This document shows, piece by piece, positions 62,620 to 64,000 of a stretch of DNA of 64,000 nt; positions within the stretch are counted from its first letter, which is position 1, and every line of letters begins with the position of its first letter. This DNA comes from Chrysemys picta bellii. Taxonomy: Eukaryota. The stretch is taken from NCBI RefSeq assembly GCF_011386835.1, contig NC_088808.1, positions 16,306,001-16,370,000 on the forward strand, read 5' to 3'. The position numbers and the translations under genes are program-made. Under the pieces are notes generated by a model. The model ran no database searches and was not told the DNA's origin. It saw only the letters and a program-made list of their open reading frames with translations.

Positions 62620-62790
62620 ACATACTGATTTGGACCACCTTAATTCCCTAGAATTACAGGTTCAAATCCCAGCAGGGTTGATACAGTCCTTCATCCATGT
62701 GAAGCAGATAAAATAAATCCCATGTATCTTATAGAATGTGGGTCTTTCAGATGAGATGTTATCAACTTAACTGTTTAAAGACTTGGTGAA
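62620..62790 (+). mobile_element. old tRNA/Deu-type SINE fragment
   Basis: B-box-like GGTTCAAATCCCAG, CCTTCATCC and GGTCTTTCAGATGAGATGTT segments. Confidence 0.4.
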
Positions 62791-64000
62791 GTCTTCTGGT
62801 CAAGCCATTCTGAACCCCACATAGTTTAGTGAGGGGGGAGGGGTAAAGATGGCTTTAAAGTACCTTTATGCCCCCGACTCAGGGCACACTCGGCCTGTCC
62901 CAAGTTGCAATTTAGGGCAGTAGTAGGGCTGCTCCAAATTGGGTCAGCTTCACACAACCAGCCCTAACAGGCTATTTCAGCAGCTAGGGATCTTCAGAGC
63001 ATAGACATCAGGAGTCACTACTGCAGTGGTCAGGAAGGAGGGTGATATAGAAGCCATGGCAGTGGTGCTGCTCCACCTGGGGATTCCCCTACACTCACTT
63101 CACAGAGGAATTCTCAGGCGGCGGAATCCAGCAGATTTATGGCAGCTTTGTGCCACCATCCCTGCACAAAGCAGCCACAACAAGGCTAGGATCTGGTCTG
63201 AGCATCCTTTAGCATGTTCCATATGATTCAGCTTTCATCCTTGTGTCCTTTCCTCTCCCCTCCCTTAATGTGCATTTTGCTAGTTAGCGGCTGCATGTGA
63301 ATATCTGAAACGTCCCATGTAACTCTAAATGCAAGCTATTAAAATAACTGTAATAAATGGTCACAAATCATGGCGCATGGTTTCCCCTAGCAGCCTGGCC
63401 ACGACGGCCCTCTTTACTTGCATTTTTATCGTAAGCGAACACAATTTGTATGTTTCAGCCTGGGAACCTAAAGTTAAGTACATATCAAATAAGAATTTCA
63501 TGATAGTAGTCCTCTCCTCCAATGGTTCCAATCAGAGCTGTATTAAAAGCATTTTTTCCTAAGTATATTTAAAATAGGAATATATACCTCAAAACAAAAC
63601 ATTTAAAAATCTCCAATCCATCTTATCTGTCTCTCTTAGGCATTACTAGAGTACTCACCACTGTAGTCTCTAGTTCAATATTCATTCAGTTTAAACTTAA
63701 TAGGATTTAAGACTGAAAGAACAAAAATCTAACAAAATAAACAAAAATTACAAAAAAATTAAAAAGTTTGTCTCAGGTGGGGAATCAAGACCTCAACTCT
63801 TCTATATATAAGCTAGGAATATCACTGCTAGAAGAAATATACATGGATACCATATTTCCTGATCCCACAGTGCTACTTGCATACTTGTTTTTATGGTAGA
63901 TCCAATGGGTGAAATCCTAGCCCCCTTAAAGTCAATAGCAAAAGTCCATTGATTCTAATGGGTCCAAGATTTCACTTAACATGGATGGGTGGCAAGTAGG

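Noticed and set aside
38610-64000. Exons of a neighbouring gene such as NTNG2
   Set aside because: No ORF or spliced segment resembling a known protein was recognised; synteny is only assumed.

Overview
Vertebrate genomic DNA, almost certainly from a turtle (inferred from the repeat complement; the species cannot be named). The only host gene I can support is MED27 (Mediator subunit 27) on the minus strand: a CpG-island promoter and coding exon 1 (38027-37822), a 4.6-kb intron 1, exon 2 (33185-33041), then more than 33 kb of intron 2 running off the left edge with no exon 3 found. Positions ~38.6-64 kb are upstream/intergenic. The rest is a dense, nested transposon landscape. It includes hAT, PIF/Harbinger and Tigger-type MITEs with readable TIRs and TSDs, and solo LTRs. 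It also holds dead CR1, RTE, DIRS and Harbinger coding remnants, a 5'-truncated restriction-like-endonuclease LINE of the NeSL/Utopia type, and old SINEs (MIR/CORE, LF-SINE, 5S-derived AmnSINE1). Nearly all ORFs in the supplied track are spurious or TE-derived. The most notable signal is four short Penelope-like insertions carrying hammerhead-ribozyme motifs. Three are fold-back hairpins with 12-14 bp TSDs. Two keep an intact minimal hammerhead, one of them on the MED27 sense strand inside intron 2, preceded by its own antisense arm. One has a hAT MITE inserted at the ribozyme stem II apex. A 5 x ~81-bp G-rich minisatellite abuts the MED27 promoter. Family names come from my recognition of motifs, not from database searches.
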